A stretch of DNA of 64,000 nucleotides from Eremomyces bilateralis CBS 781.70. Lineage: Eukaryota. Location of the stretch: the NCBI GenBank assembly GCA_010015585.1, contig ML975153.1; one strand, 5' to 3'. Made by a program: the position numbers and the translations under genes. Shown here in pieces: positions 51,162 through 62,444 of the stretch. The notes below the pieces were generated by a model. The model searched no databases. It was not told the origin of the DNA and saw only the letters and a program-made list of their open reading frames with translations. Positions within the stretch are counted from its first letter, which is position 1. Each line of letters opens with the position of its first letter.

Positions 51162-52333
51162 ATGACAACGAAGTTCAGCATGCCAGTACCACTCATTATC
51201 CCCCCAACGTCCTCTCTTATCGCTGAGCCCGATGCCATTGTCCTAGACGCGTCGTGGCTTTATGAGCCCGATCCACCAACACGGAACGCTTATGAAGAGT
51301 TTCAATCAGGTCCTCGTTTCCCAAACGCGCGATTTTGGGACCTGGACGCGGTGTCTGAGCCTCATCCCGATGGGTACGCCCTGATGCTCCCTTCACCAGA
51401 ACGATTCGCCGCGTTTGCAGGCAAGTACGGAGTCACGAAGGATTCGCATGTCATCGTGTACGACGGCGAAGGCCTCTTCGCCGCTCCCCGGACAGCATGG
51501 ACGTTCAAGGTCGGTTACCTGCGACCAAGAACATGAGAGCTCACTGACCTGTTGACTGGATGGAACAGGTTTATGGGCACGAGAAGGTGTCAGTGATTAA
51601 TGGTGGCCTACCGCGCGCGAAGAAGGAGGGTGTCAAGCTCGAGACCGGGCCGCCAAAACCCGTCGAAGTACGTCAGCCTGCACCACTTTGAGGCTCGGCT
51701 AAAGGATCGATGTGCACAGGAGACCAAATATCCCGTCCCAACCGTGGACCACAATGCTGTTGTCCGTAAGTGTTGCGTATCATATGTATGGACCGGACTG
51801 ACCACCATGTAGAGTTCGACGAGGTGTTAAGGCTCACCCACCGAGCGTCACCCTCAGCCGACAGCACTTTGCTGATAGATGCGAGGCCTGTGTCATCCTA
51901 CCAGGACGGCCACATACCCACGTCTCTCCTTCTGGATTTTCCCTCCTCCTTGCTTCAGGACCCAGCCAATTTCACGTATCTCCGAAGCCCCGGAGACCTG
52001 AAGGAGTACATAGCCGAACAGCTTGGTCAAGACAAGTTGGATCAGATCCTCTCTCGCGAAGTGACAGTCGTCAACAGTGAGTTCGAGCATTTCAAAGAAT
52101 TGTATCATTGAGCACGAGTGCTGACAAGGGTGACTAGCTTGCGGAGGTGGCCTCTCGGCGGCGATAAACTGGTTGTCTCTCATGTCCCTTGGAGTAGATT
52201 CTCGACTCTATGACGAAGTGAGCAACTTTTGTCCAATTTCGTTGCGATATAAACTGATCGATTCCTGTAGGCTTGGGGTGGCTATTCCGCCCGGCAGGGT
52301 ACTCCTACAGTATCAGGCCCAAGTCCTTTGTAG
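51162..52333 (+). CDS. Tandem-domain rhodanese / 3-mercaptopyruvate sulfurtransferase-like protein (5 introns)
   Basis: VLDASW, RFPNARFWDLD, MLPSPERF, APRTAWTFK|VYGHEKVSVINGGLP, LIDARP, GHIP, catalytic loop TCGGGLSAA, LYDE|AWGGY. Start at 51162 or 51180. Confidence 0.9.
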
Positions 52334-52350
52334 AGCTCACAGCTCCTGCA

Positions 52351-52822
52351 TCAAGCGTCATCCACAGTCTGCGCCTCCCAGATTCCAGTCACAATAGGCT
52401 TCCCATCCCTCTCTTCCACCTTTACGATCGTCGTCGCGCTCTGCTTAAGTTCCTTCCCATCTTCCTTCCCCTTGGTCACGTAAGCCGTCCATTGCCCAAC
52501 AACACCTGTAGAGCCGGAGTCGTTTCTAGTCACAATGTTGAGGTCTTTGATCTTGACAATAGCTGCGGTGAAGGCGGAGCGAAATTGGGTGGTAATAAGT
52601 GTGACAAATTCGGAACTAGTCAGGGGAGTGCCGTTGATCTAGATAGACAGATGACCTGAGCATAGGCGCAGGTGACGCAACGGAAAGGAAGCAACGTACA
52701 TTAATGTTGGCATCTGCGGCAAGCTCAGTGGCTAGCACTGACGCTGCAAGGATATCGTCGGCCTGGAAGAGGGTGCGGGTGAAGAAGGAGTCAACAAAGT
52801 CGGCGACTGCGGGTCGAGACAT
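52351..52822 (-). CDS. Small (about 136 aa) hypothetical protein, possibly SnoaL/NTF2-like fold (1 intron)
   Basis: MSRPAVADFVDSFFTRTLFQADD...ANIN|INGTPL...GVVGQWTAYVT...IVKVEERDGKPIVTGIWEAQ. N-terminal helices followed by beta-strands; the fold is an inference. Confidence 0.7.
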
Positions 52823-52983
52823 CTCTCAAGGTAGTGGACGGTGGCTATCGCTGTTGCAAGCAATGACAAAGATTGATGTTGTTTAACCCGTAACGTGTGT
52901 ACGTAGGGCGATAAAGCCATTTAAGCCGATTGCTATTCTTGCGTGATTCTGTGAAATTAGCCCGATGCAATGGTGGCTACTGG

Positions 52984-54100
52984 TCAAGTTCGGATGGCCG
53001 AAGTCGTACGTAATGTCAAAGACCGATGGTACAACAAGGCCGAATGACAGCTCGAGGGATGGTAGGTCCATAGTACCTGGAGCCGACCGTGGGCGAGGAC
53101 CTTCTCTACCCTAGCTATCGGAGGCTGATCGCCGTCCTCCTCGCCTTCGCATGTGACGACAATATAGTCTCCAACACGGACCTCTCTCCCATCACCTGGA
53201 GTTCGGGTTAGTAGGAGAATCGACCGAAGGGCTTCGATAATCACACTTACAATGAACCCGGCCAGTAGCTGCTTTTCGACGGCCACTGTTCGCGCTTACC
53301 TGTAAGGTTGCTTTTAGAAGCCGAGACGATGTCATTGTCATCGTCGCTGGAAACGATCGGTAGCTTTCCTTTCCCCAAAGATCCGGGAACGTCAGCGACA
53401 GAGAGCGGTTCAGGCGCAGACCGAGTTATGCTGGCTAGCCCGTCGTCATCATCACGACGTGGCATGTACGCAGCGCAGAGGCTGTCACTTAACTCTGTCG
53501 TGGGGCTGCGTGCGCAGAAGTCATCGCCGGATTGCTCTGCCCCGTCTTCTATGTCTGGCACGATCAGTCCCGGCCAAGGACCGCCAGTAGCGCCCAGCCC
53601 ACTACCATCTCTAATATTTTCGTGTCTAGGAGCGCGATCGCCATCTAGGCTTCCGTTTCCTTTGTGTTCCTGATGCGCTGGGCTTGCTGCCCGTCGAATG
53701 CGATCGGGACGGTCTGCAGCAATCGCCCCTCGAGACATCCTAAAGAGTTCTTGGGGGGTGGGGGAGTCATCTCCATCGCTGCTGCTGGTCTCGACGCCTT
53801 CAGTATGACCGCTGGCCCCTCGAGCCGCTTGATCACTGTTCTGCGCAGAAGCGGGAGCTGCCGCCAATAAACCTTCTTCTGTTAGCACTACCAACCGATT
53901 ACTCTTAATGGACCGATGAACTCACCATGGCCCCGGATTGGGCTACCTGTAGCCGGCCGGCGCGCTGAGCAATCGTCTTCGCCACTGTCGCCTTCGGTAA
54001 GGCCTATAATTTCCACGCTACCCAGGCGGACTCAACGGCTCTCCGTAGGGTGCCGACCTTGCTTATAAGCTGTTGAGATCTGCGGAAGATCGGAAGCCAT
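52984..54100 (-). pseudogene. Degenerate gene with a low-complexity N-region and a BAH-like C-terminal domain
   Basis: ATG at 54100 with an in-frame TGA at 54032-54034; spliceable exons lead to GDGREVRVGDYIVV...PPIARVEKVL..GRLQVLWTYHP. Confidence 0.45.
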
Positions 54101-55352
54101 AGGAGCGTCGTTCCGCAGAGGTTGGTAAGGGACGAAAATAGTCATGGGAGAGATTGCCATAGATAGGGCAAAGTGCAGAGATGGGCTACGGTAGAGGTTT
54201 GTAGGAGGAGCGGGGGAATTGAATTAAGGATTTCATGGGAGCAGGAATGGCGGCCCTTAAGCATCCGGCACCGGTGCGGTGCAAGATCCTCCTCACCCGC
54301 CCTCTCATCGCCATGGATCAACCGATCCGCTGCTTGCATGCGCAACCCCAGCATCTACCACTGATTTTGCCTCGCCGCTCTTGTTGTCAGTCCGCAATTT
54401 GCAAGAGTGTGTGTATTCTGCATCCAAGGCATGAATATGCACTCCTGTCTTTCTTAGTGTGCCGTCAGGGATATTAGGGGTTATCCTAAAATAACGGGAG
54501 GTGAAGAGGCGGTGGGTTAACGTTAACAAGTTCTGCTTAAGCAGCTTTCATTTCCTTTCACTTTTCTATCCACGATCAGTAAGGGTTCAGATGTGATATG
54601 CGACGACACTATCGCTTCCATCCACACAGTCAAAGTTTGAAGAAAAAGTGATCCGCGGTTCCAAAAACCTATCGTCGCTGGATTTGAGATCGTATGTACC
54701 ACCCTTAACCAGAAGATAAAGGGGAGGCTGCGTCTGTGGGAGCGCAAGGCCGTGAGGAGAAGGATTGGGGTGGAGGCAATCTCAATGGCCGTGCTAGGAC
54801 GCTAACCTCGGGCAGTCAGAGAGAGGAACGCAAAGCCTAAAATTGACGCAGGCCAAGGGCTTCGGTCAGTGGTTCGTCACGCGGAGAAGTTCAGCTGGTC
54901 ATGTCCAGTGAGGATCATGTTAGAATACGACAGCGGAATCCTCCATCCAGCTGAGGGGAAATGCAAAATGACAGGGACGATCGAGACAAGGGGTAAAACT
55001 GCTCACCATCGGCATGAAAGGGCCTTTAAGAGGGGAGAACAGTCAGGTCGCATGAATCGAATGAAGGGGGTAGGCGGGGTGGCCGCTGCGAGGAACTATC
55101 CGGTGGATCGTCAACGCTCCTCACGCGGGCAGACATAGGTCACAGGGGCGAAAGTGGGCAGAATGGGCCGACAGAAATGAAGGGGGGAGACAAGGAAGGC
55201 GGACGGGAAATGAATTGGTGAATGGGAAAAGATGGAGGAGAGCGGGTTGGCGAGAGGGGGGGATAGAGGTATTTATGTTTGAACGTTTTGGGAGGGTTGA
55301 AAACGGAAAAGTGCGCTAACCCCGAACCGGCACGCTAATCCAAAAGAGGCAG

Positions 55353-55369
55353 TCACAGGTCCTCAGATT
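55353..55369 (-). repeat. Right terminal inverted repeat TCACAGGTCCTCAGATT
   Basis: Exact reverse complement of 39494-39510; overlaps the right ATTACA direct repeat. Confidence 0.93.
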
Positions 55370-55979
55370 ACATTATTAATAACCACCAATAGTTACAGTA
55401 TGTTTGTACGGAATAAACGAGACTGGAATCTGGATCAGACCATGGCGACATCACCAGACATCCAGACTATTTATCCAATCAGTCCTGGAAGAGTTGTACA
55501 TGTATATATTAGGATCCTGGAGCATAACCTTCTATCGATGGTGACAAAGACCGTGCTCAACTACCGTATAAACCTTTCCATACAAACCCTTAACACTCCC
55601 CCATCAATGCCCTTCGTTTATGAACACAGGAAGGGATGACAGGATCCCACATCTTTTTCTTGAGAGGGGCCAATGGAATAGCTGAAACCGAAAACACACT
55701 AACACACTAACACACTCACAACAGACATTCCCATATGACGGACATGTACGGAGGCGGCATACGGAAAGAACTTTCTTCGATAGGTATAATCTCTCGAAAC
55801 CACGCCCGCTCAACCCTCAACAGAACCCATGGTCGGCCCCGCATTCCCAGGCACACATCGCCGCCGCATATTCAGATTCGACCTGTGCATTGCAACCAAC
55901 CCTTGGCACCCAATCCGTTTCCAAATGTCGCGTGATTCGGGTATGTGCAGGATGCTAGTAAATGTCCAGTGACTGACGC

Positions 55980-57762
55980 TTAAGATGATGCCTCCTTCTT
56001 CGTCTCCGTGCTGGATGGCGCGGCGCCAGTCTCCGTCGTCGATGACGGCGCAGATTGGTCTTTCTCGGCTGCCGGAGCGCCAGTGGGAGCAGGGGTGTCT
56101 TCTCTCTGTGCTCGGGTCGCGTCCGACTCCTCCGGCAACTCGGTGATCCTCTCAGTCCGATGGATCTGTTCTTCAAGGTCCTTGTCTTCGTCGATGTGGT
56201 CGAACATTTCCGAATCGCCCGCTTCGTTGGACAGCTCGGTCCCATCGCCTAGAAGAATGATGCGGCCCCCGAGCGCTCGAGCCAGCTGGCCGAGACCTTG
56301 CGAGCGATGGTTTTCCATGTCCATGTCGTAGTCGTCTTGCGCATCCTCGCTCCGGTGATGCATGCCGGGCCCTCGGAGTTCAGCTGTAGGACTCAAGTAT
56401 TAGTCGCCATCCGTAATGGAACTTCGCGCGGTGGAAAACGGGAGGGACTTGCCATATTCGGGAGGTGCGCAAGGCCCGTCTCCGTTGGCCACTCGCTCGG
56501 CAATTTCATTATACCACTCCTCCTTGCTTCGCCCGTTCAGAAGGCCAACGATGACTACCGTCATGTTGTCACAGCCCACGCCGCCAGTGTCGCAGTTGGC
56601 AGCAAGGCAATTGTCCATCAGGTTTTCACAGATCACATGGAGCTCCTGCTTGGCCGCAATGCCTCGGCGGACAAATTCAATGACCGCCTGTGAGCTCTGA
56701 CAGTCCCAGATACCTAAAGTCATCGATTAGCTTCCGCGACACATCGGAGAGCAAAAGGCACTTACCATCACAAGCCACGACTAGAAACTCGTCATCCGCC
56801 GAAATGTCATGAACTGTAACATCGGGGAAGGCAGTGACGATTTGCTGCTCAGGTGGTAAATCGGCGCTTTTCTTAAACTCGAAGTCGCCAATAGCCCGCG
56901 AGAGAGCCAGATTCCCATTGACTCGCCCAAAATCAACGAATCCGCCGGCTGCGACAATCCTCGCTTTTTCGCCTGTCAAAATGTCAGCCTTGTTCTGTTA
57001 ACTTTAGGGGTGAAAAATGCCTACCTTCGTTCTGCGGCTTATGATCAAACGATAAGGGCTTTGCCCGCCCTTTTATGCCTAGAACTGACCGTGAATCCCC
57101 AGCATTGCCCTAACAGGTTAGAGGATGGCCTGATGCGAAGTGGTGCAGTACATACGACGTAGATCTTATCACTGGATATGATACCAACAGAGGAGGTGCA
57201 GCCGGAAACTTCCTCTTCATATTTCGGGTCTGAGTTGTGTTAGCTTGCATTGCCAGTGGAACCATTGGATTCCCATTACCACTCAATATGGCCCGGTCGG
57301 TTGCAAGGAAACCATCCTTCAAGGCTTGCTCGATGTCCCCATTACGAAAAGAATTCTGCTTCGCAATGATCCTGTGCAGATTATCCCCGGTGTATATGGC
57401 AACCTTATCGCCGCCGTGCCCGTCGTATACACCAAAGTAACTTAAGCGCTGTTTACTCGGCGATAGCTTCTTGTCCTTGGTATCGGCTTTCAGATCCAGC
57501 ACGCACGCATGCGCATCTTCCATGCTTATACGCCATCCTTGCATGGACGAAAGTCCATATATGACTCGGTCGTCCTGTCCACTGTCCGATTTCTATACAC
57601 CATGGTCAGAAAATTTTCCATCGTATGGAGAATTGTGAGCGGCCAAGGTAGACAGCACGGTGCTTGCATCGTATTGGATGCTGCACATCGTGCGTGCCCA
57701 CGGCCGCTGGGTCGCAGTGGACTTACTTTCTCCACCACTGGCTCGGATAGTGTCTGTCCCAT
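55980..57762 (-). CDS. PTC2: Type 2C protein phosphatase Ptc2/Ptc3
   Basis: MGQTLSEPVVEK, MQGWRISMEDAH, VYDGHGG, GNAGDSR, GRVNGNLALSRAIGD, ACDG|IWDC, GCDNMT. Confidence 0.95.
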
Positions 57763-58891
57763 GATTCAAATCTTCCACGTCTCGGGAATCAGATACTCTC
57801 AGGAGGAGAAGATCGGTCGATGTTGCAACGGCTCCAGAAATCGCATAGGGGTGGGGTGAGATCGGAGGCGGGCGGTCAGGTTGGACGCGGGTTCAGTCCA
57901 ACGTGCAAAGAGCGAAAGGAATCCGAGTCGAGTGAACTTGCACGGCAGAGGACGATGATGAGCGAGGAGCGGAGGCGGAGTTGAGCGAGGGAATGCCCAC
58001 TGCAGGAATTGCGCGATATATGGAGAGGGGGCGGAGTTGTCGTGGAGAGAAGGAAAAGGATAAGCGGGAGAAAACAGAACAACGGATCTCAAGGCTCTGG
58101 AGCCTAGATGGAGAGTCGAAGTGGCGCTTCGGGAGAACAACTGGGAAATGAGCACTGAGAAGGCTTGGAGGGGGAGTTGGAGAGTCGACTGAGCAAGTGA
58201 GTTGCGCGTTGTCGTCGATGTGAAGGCTGCCGAGCAGAGTCTGGCTGGACGCCGTTGGTGGGCTGTGGCGGCCCCAGGCTGCAAGGCTCCAATCTCGCCA
58301 TTGAGGCCATTATACAAACGTGTAACACGTGAGGTTGATCGTGTATTCTGATATAATTATTTGATATTTTTATACAAAACAGTAACTCTACGCTCTAACA
58401 TAACTGAACACGATATCAGTCGATAGTCATATATGGCTGGCTTCTAGCAAATTAAGCTGCTGCTTGACACACAAAAGACTGGCTGTTAATAAGTTTGATC
58501 TCATCTCTCTGGGCAATAGCCTATGTACCGTACCCGCCACAGGTATGACCCCTACGGGTAAGTTTATAAATTGATTTATTAAGGCAATCTTTGGTTGAGT
58601 AGGAACTCTCGGATAGTTTGCCACTATGTCCTTGTATATGGAGGTTCGGATTGAGACTGAATGTATTTTCTATATACCAGTGTCTATATACAACGTAACG
58701 GGAAGGGGGAAGGCAACTGATTGACGTTTTACCTTTGAGTCCTCCTCCAGCCTGCGTCTAGATAGAGGAATCAAATGCCGAACCCCAACATCTCAAGCTC
58801 GTTCTTCATGCTTCCAGACCTTTGTACATGGCCATCTTCGACCCGTCAACGTTTGGGGGCCTTGACAATCCAGCTACGACCTTCTGGAGTA

Positions 58892-60157
58892 CTACGTACC
58901 CCTTTGAATTGACCACATTTTGACCTCTCCGTCATCACCAGTACTGATGAGCACCTCTTCGCCCTCATTTGATCTTCCCCGATCCGCTCGGACCGTCCAG
59001 CAAACGTGGTTCACCTCGAAGATATCATGCGCATTCTCGACCTCGGCGACAACCTTCCACTCCCGTGATGTCTCCGTTGGAGGACCTTCCGACCGCACTT
59101 CATCTTGATCATGACTGTCTCGCCAAAACTCCTGATACACGACGATCTTACCATCGCTACCAGTGCTGGCGATCAGTCCGGATTTGGGGCTCCAGGCGAC
59201 GGAATATATGGCTCGCTCGTGCCGTTTCGGGAGGCATGCGTCCTCCAACCATTCTTCGTCGACGTTGTTGGTGCGGATGATGCTTGGGATTCGATCTCGG
59301 AGAGGCTTGTCCTCTGCACCGCCTTTGGGAGTCCTCCTCCATATGCGAATCGTTAGGTCATCAGAACATGATGCCAATCTTGGACCAGATTTCTCCAGCT
59401 CCTGCAGGTCCTTCTGGCGAGCCGCATCTGGGCCGACGCTGTCTATGAGCGATGGGTTCTTGGGAGGTTCGAAATCGAGACTCCAGACGGTGGCTTGGTG
59501 GGCGTCGATGGTGGAAACGCAGATCCAATCATCCACGTCCTCCCGGTAGAGTCGAATCGTGTCATCGTATCCCGCGCTCGCTAAAAGGTCCTCTTCTGGG
59601 TGCCAGCGGACGTATTTGATGTCTCCATCATGCTCTTGAAGCACCGCTACGGTCTCGAAGTTATCATCTTCCATCTCTTCCCAGATCCATACGCTCTTAT
59701 CGCGGCTGCAGGTGGCAAGAAACTGACCACCTGCGCTCCAAGCAACGGACTTGATTTCAGATTCGTGGCCGTCGAGGATCACTGCAAACCGCCAATCGTC
59801 GTCTTCATCTTCAGATCGATCGTTTTTGCTTTCCTCGTTGTGAGCCTCGTTCGAGCCGGGATGGTCGTCATGTCTCCAGATCCCAGCACTGGCATCGAAT
59901 GATCCGGTAGCTAGAACCGACTCGTTTCGCGTTCCCGGCTTCCACGCACACGATCGTATGCTACGCTTGTGACCACCTGTTATTGAGGAGAGCTGTCGGA
60001 ATGTAGTGAGGGAGAATATTTTGACAGTCTTGTCGGCGGATGCAGTCGCGAGAATTGGTAGCTTTGGGTGAGGTGCCGTCATCCAAGCCCGAGTGTTGAG
60101 GGACGGTTGGAAGGATGCGATAGGCTCCAAGGTGGGAACCTCCGAATCTGAATTCAT
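58892..60157 (-). CDS. CIA1: Cytosolic Fe-S cluster assembly WD40 protein Cia1
   Basis: GHKRSIRSCAW, LATGSFDA, GHESEIKSVAWS, LATCSRDKSVWIWE, AHDIFEVNHVCW; intronless. Confidence 0.95.
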   Translation of the reverse strand: MNSDSEVPTLEPIASFQPSLNTRAWMTAPHPKLPILATASADKTVKIFSLTTFRQLSSITGGHKRSIRSCAWKPGTRNESVLATGSFDASAGIWRHDDHPGSNEAHNEESKNDRSEDEDDDWRFAVILDGHESEIKSVAWSAGGQFLATCSRDKSVWIWEEMEDDNFETVAVLQEHDGDIKYVRWHPEEDLLASAGYDDTIRLYREDVDDWICVSTIDAHQATVWSLDFEPPKNPSLIDSVGPDAARQKDLQELEKSGPRLASCSDDLTIRIWRRTPKGGAEDKPLRDRIPSIIRTNNVDEEWLEDACLPKRHERAIYSVAWSPKSGLIASTGSDGKIVVYQEFWRDSHDQDEVRSEGPPTETSREWKVVAEVENAHDIFEVNHVCWTVRADRGRSNEGEEVLISTGDDGEVKMWSIQRGT

Positions 60158-60834
60158 ATTGAACTTGCACACGACAATTCGCGAAATCGCGAAGAGGGTG
60201 GTGGAGAGTCGAGCAGCGGAGATGACGCCTTATGTCATTTTTCCACACTGGGAAAAAATGGCGATTTCCGTGATTTAAACCACCTAAGACCGATTTTTAT
60301 ATGTAAGTATTACTTCAAGTACCCGTTCACACGACAATCGTTTCCCGCTCCCGTGTTGCTGGTGTAAATGGACGGTTTTGTTCAATTTTGCAGTGGCCAA
60401 GGCGGATGATGTCAATCTCTGCCCAGAATCGAGGGAATGTTCAAAACTCCCCGGTGAAGACTCGGACTTTGTGGATGGACTATCACTATCCGTTCTGTTG
60501 GGTCTATATGAAGGATCCAAAAAAAAATCTCGATATGATATGCGAGTATTCCGTACTCTGTATCGGATCTGTTTGAGTTGGCTGTGCTATTGATAAGGGA
60601 CGTGGTTGGCTCAGGGTCTCTGGCTTCTCCAATTCCTAGTCGTATTTATGGAACCCCCAAAGTCGTATGGAAGCATCAACATCCGCGTCGATGATACCGC
60701 AGCAAGGTTTTATATCGCATTCTGGAGAAGAGAATTCGGAAGAATTTAGCAAAGATTCGACCGACGAACCCGCACATTATACTGTAAACGATTTAACCCA
60801 TCCCAGATATGCCAGTTGATGTTAGAGTCTCACC

Positions 60835-62444
60835 ATGCATCGTCCCTCCACAGTCCGCCGGCTCCTGCACTTGGTAAATCGGGTGGCTCAAGCAGACCAG
60901 AAGTCCATTCCCTGGACGCAACAGAAAAGCAGACAGTTTCATGTCCAGACCAAGCTCAACACCGATGGCGTGTTTAAAGAGCTTACAGAACAGCGGGTTC
61001 TCACTCCATGGATCACGGCGCTTCGAAGCAGGCAGGCTCAAGACGGGAAAGGAGCCGAACCCAGCGAGCCAGGAAAGCCCATGAGACGGACCCTCGAACC
61101 CAAAAGGATGTCGGACAGCTATCATAGAGTGGTATGGAATCTTTGAGGGATGCGGTGCGTGTGCGGATGGGTTGACCTTGGTTGTTTAGATTCTTCCGCT
61201 GGCAAAGGATCCTTGGCTGTCAGATACGTATCTCAATGCGGACGGTCATATCAGGTGCTTCATGCGTCCCCATGTTAAGGGAAATGCTAACAACTAGTCA
61301 GGTTGGGGGCTATATTTATGGATTTGGATGCTCTTTCTGGAGTGATTGCTTACAAGCATACCGGTTGGTCTTCATCACCCGCCCAGTCTTCGACATACGC
61401 TTAACGGTTCCGGTATGCAGGGGATTCGGTGACCACCGTCACGGCAGCTTTCGATCGAATAACCATCAAGCACCCGTTGACTGAGATATGTGATCTTGAA
61501 TTGAGCGGTCAGGTCACGTATGCCACAGGAAGAAGTAGTATGGAGATCTCCCTCCAAGTGGCCAAAGACCCTGGTCCGGATGGAGTAAGGGGCGAAGATG
61601 ATATTCTACTGAATTGTAACTGTACCATGGTCTCCCTTGACCCCGTCACTCGCAAACCGACCAACATCCATCCTTTGACCATTGAGACGCCGGAGGAGCG
61701 ACGGTTGTACGAGAGAGGAGAGCAAAATTCCCAGCGCCGACGGGAGCAAGCCAATACATCGTTGGTCAAGTACACCCCCAACGATGAGGAGAGCGACTTG
61801 ATCCATAATATATGGCAAAAGCATATCGAATTCGATGGCAAGTTGATTGAGTCATCGCCATGACTGGAAACGCCCTGCTAACTTGATCGATAGACCCGAA
61901 CAATCTGCTGACGAAACCGGGGAACGTGCACTTCATCGAATCAACGCGGATCCAAACGACCCAAATTATGCAGCCTCAGTATCGGAATCGACACAACTTC
62001 ATGGTATTCGGCGGTTTCCTTCTGAAACAAGCATTCGAGCTGGCCTTTTGCTGTGCGGCCTCCTTTTCGCACCAGCGACCGTCCTTCCTTTCCCTGGACC
62101 CTTCGACCTTTGAAAATCCGGTTCCCGTGGGGTCGGTGCTATATCTTTCGGCTCGGGTGGTGTACACCGATCCGCCGCTTGTCCCTGGGGTGGGGGAAGT
62201 GGCCGAGCAAGACAGTTCTCGGACTCGGCTACACGTTCGAGTGGATTCCAAGGTCCGCGACGTTGCGCACGGTGCGACCAAGCCGACCGGAACTTTCAAT
62301 TACACATTTGTCGTGGACAGGGATATCAAGGTCATGCCGAGGACCTACACCGAATTCATGATGTACATCGACGCGAGGCGGCGGCTGAAGAAAGTTGACC
62401 GCACGCTTGTTGATATTCGGACCAAGGGCAACGTAACAGAATAG
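60835..62444 (+). CDS. Mitochondrial double-hotdog acyl-CoA thioesterase (ACOT9-like)
   Basis: KRMSDSY, DPWLSDTYLNADGHIR, VTAAFDRI, GRSSMEI, MQPQYRNRHNFMVFGGFLLK; about 4 introns. Confidence 0.9.

Larger units (their letters stand above)
39483..55372. mobile_element. Captain-less Starship-like cargo element (15,884 bp between direct repeats)
   Basis: ATTACA direct repeat at 39483-39488 and 55367-55372, both fitting TTAC-N7-A; perfect 17-bp inverted repeat at 39494-39510 and 55353-55369. It encloses all accessory content between two housekeeping genes. No tyrosine recombinase ORF was recognised. Confidence 0.8.
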
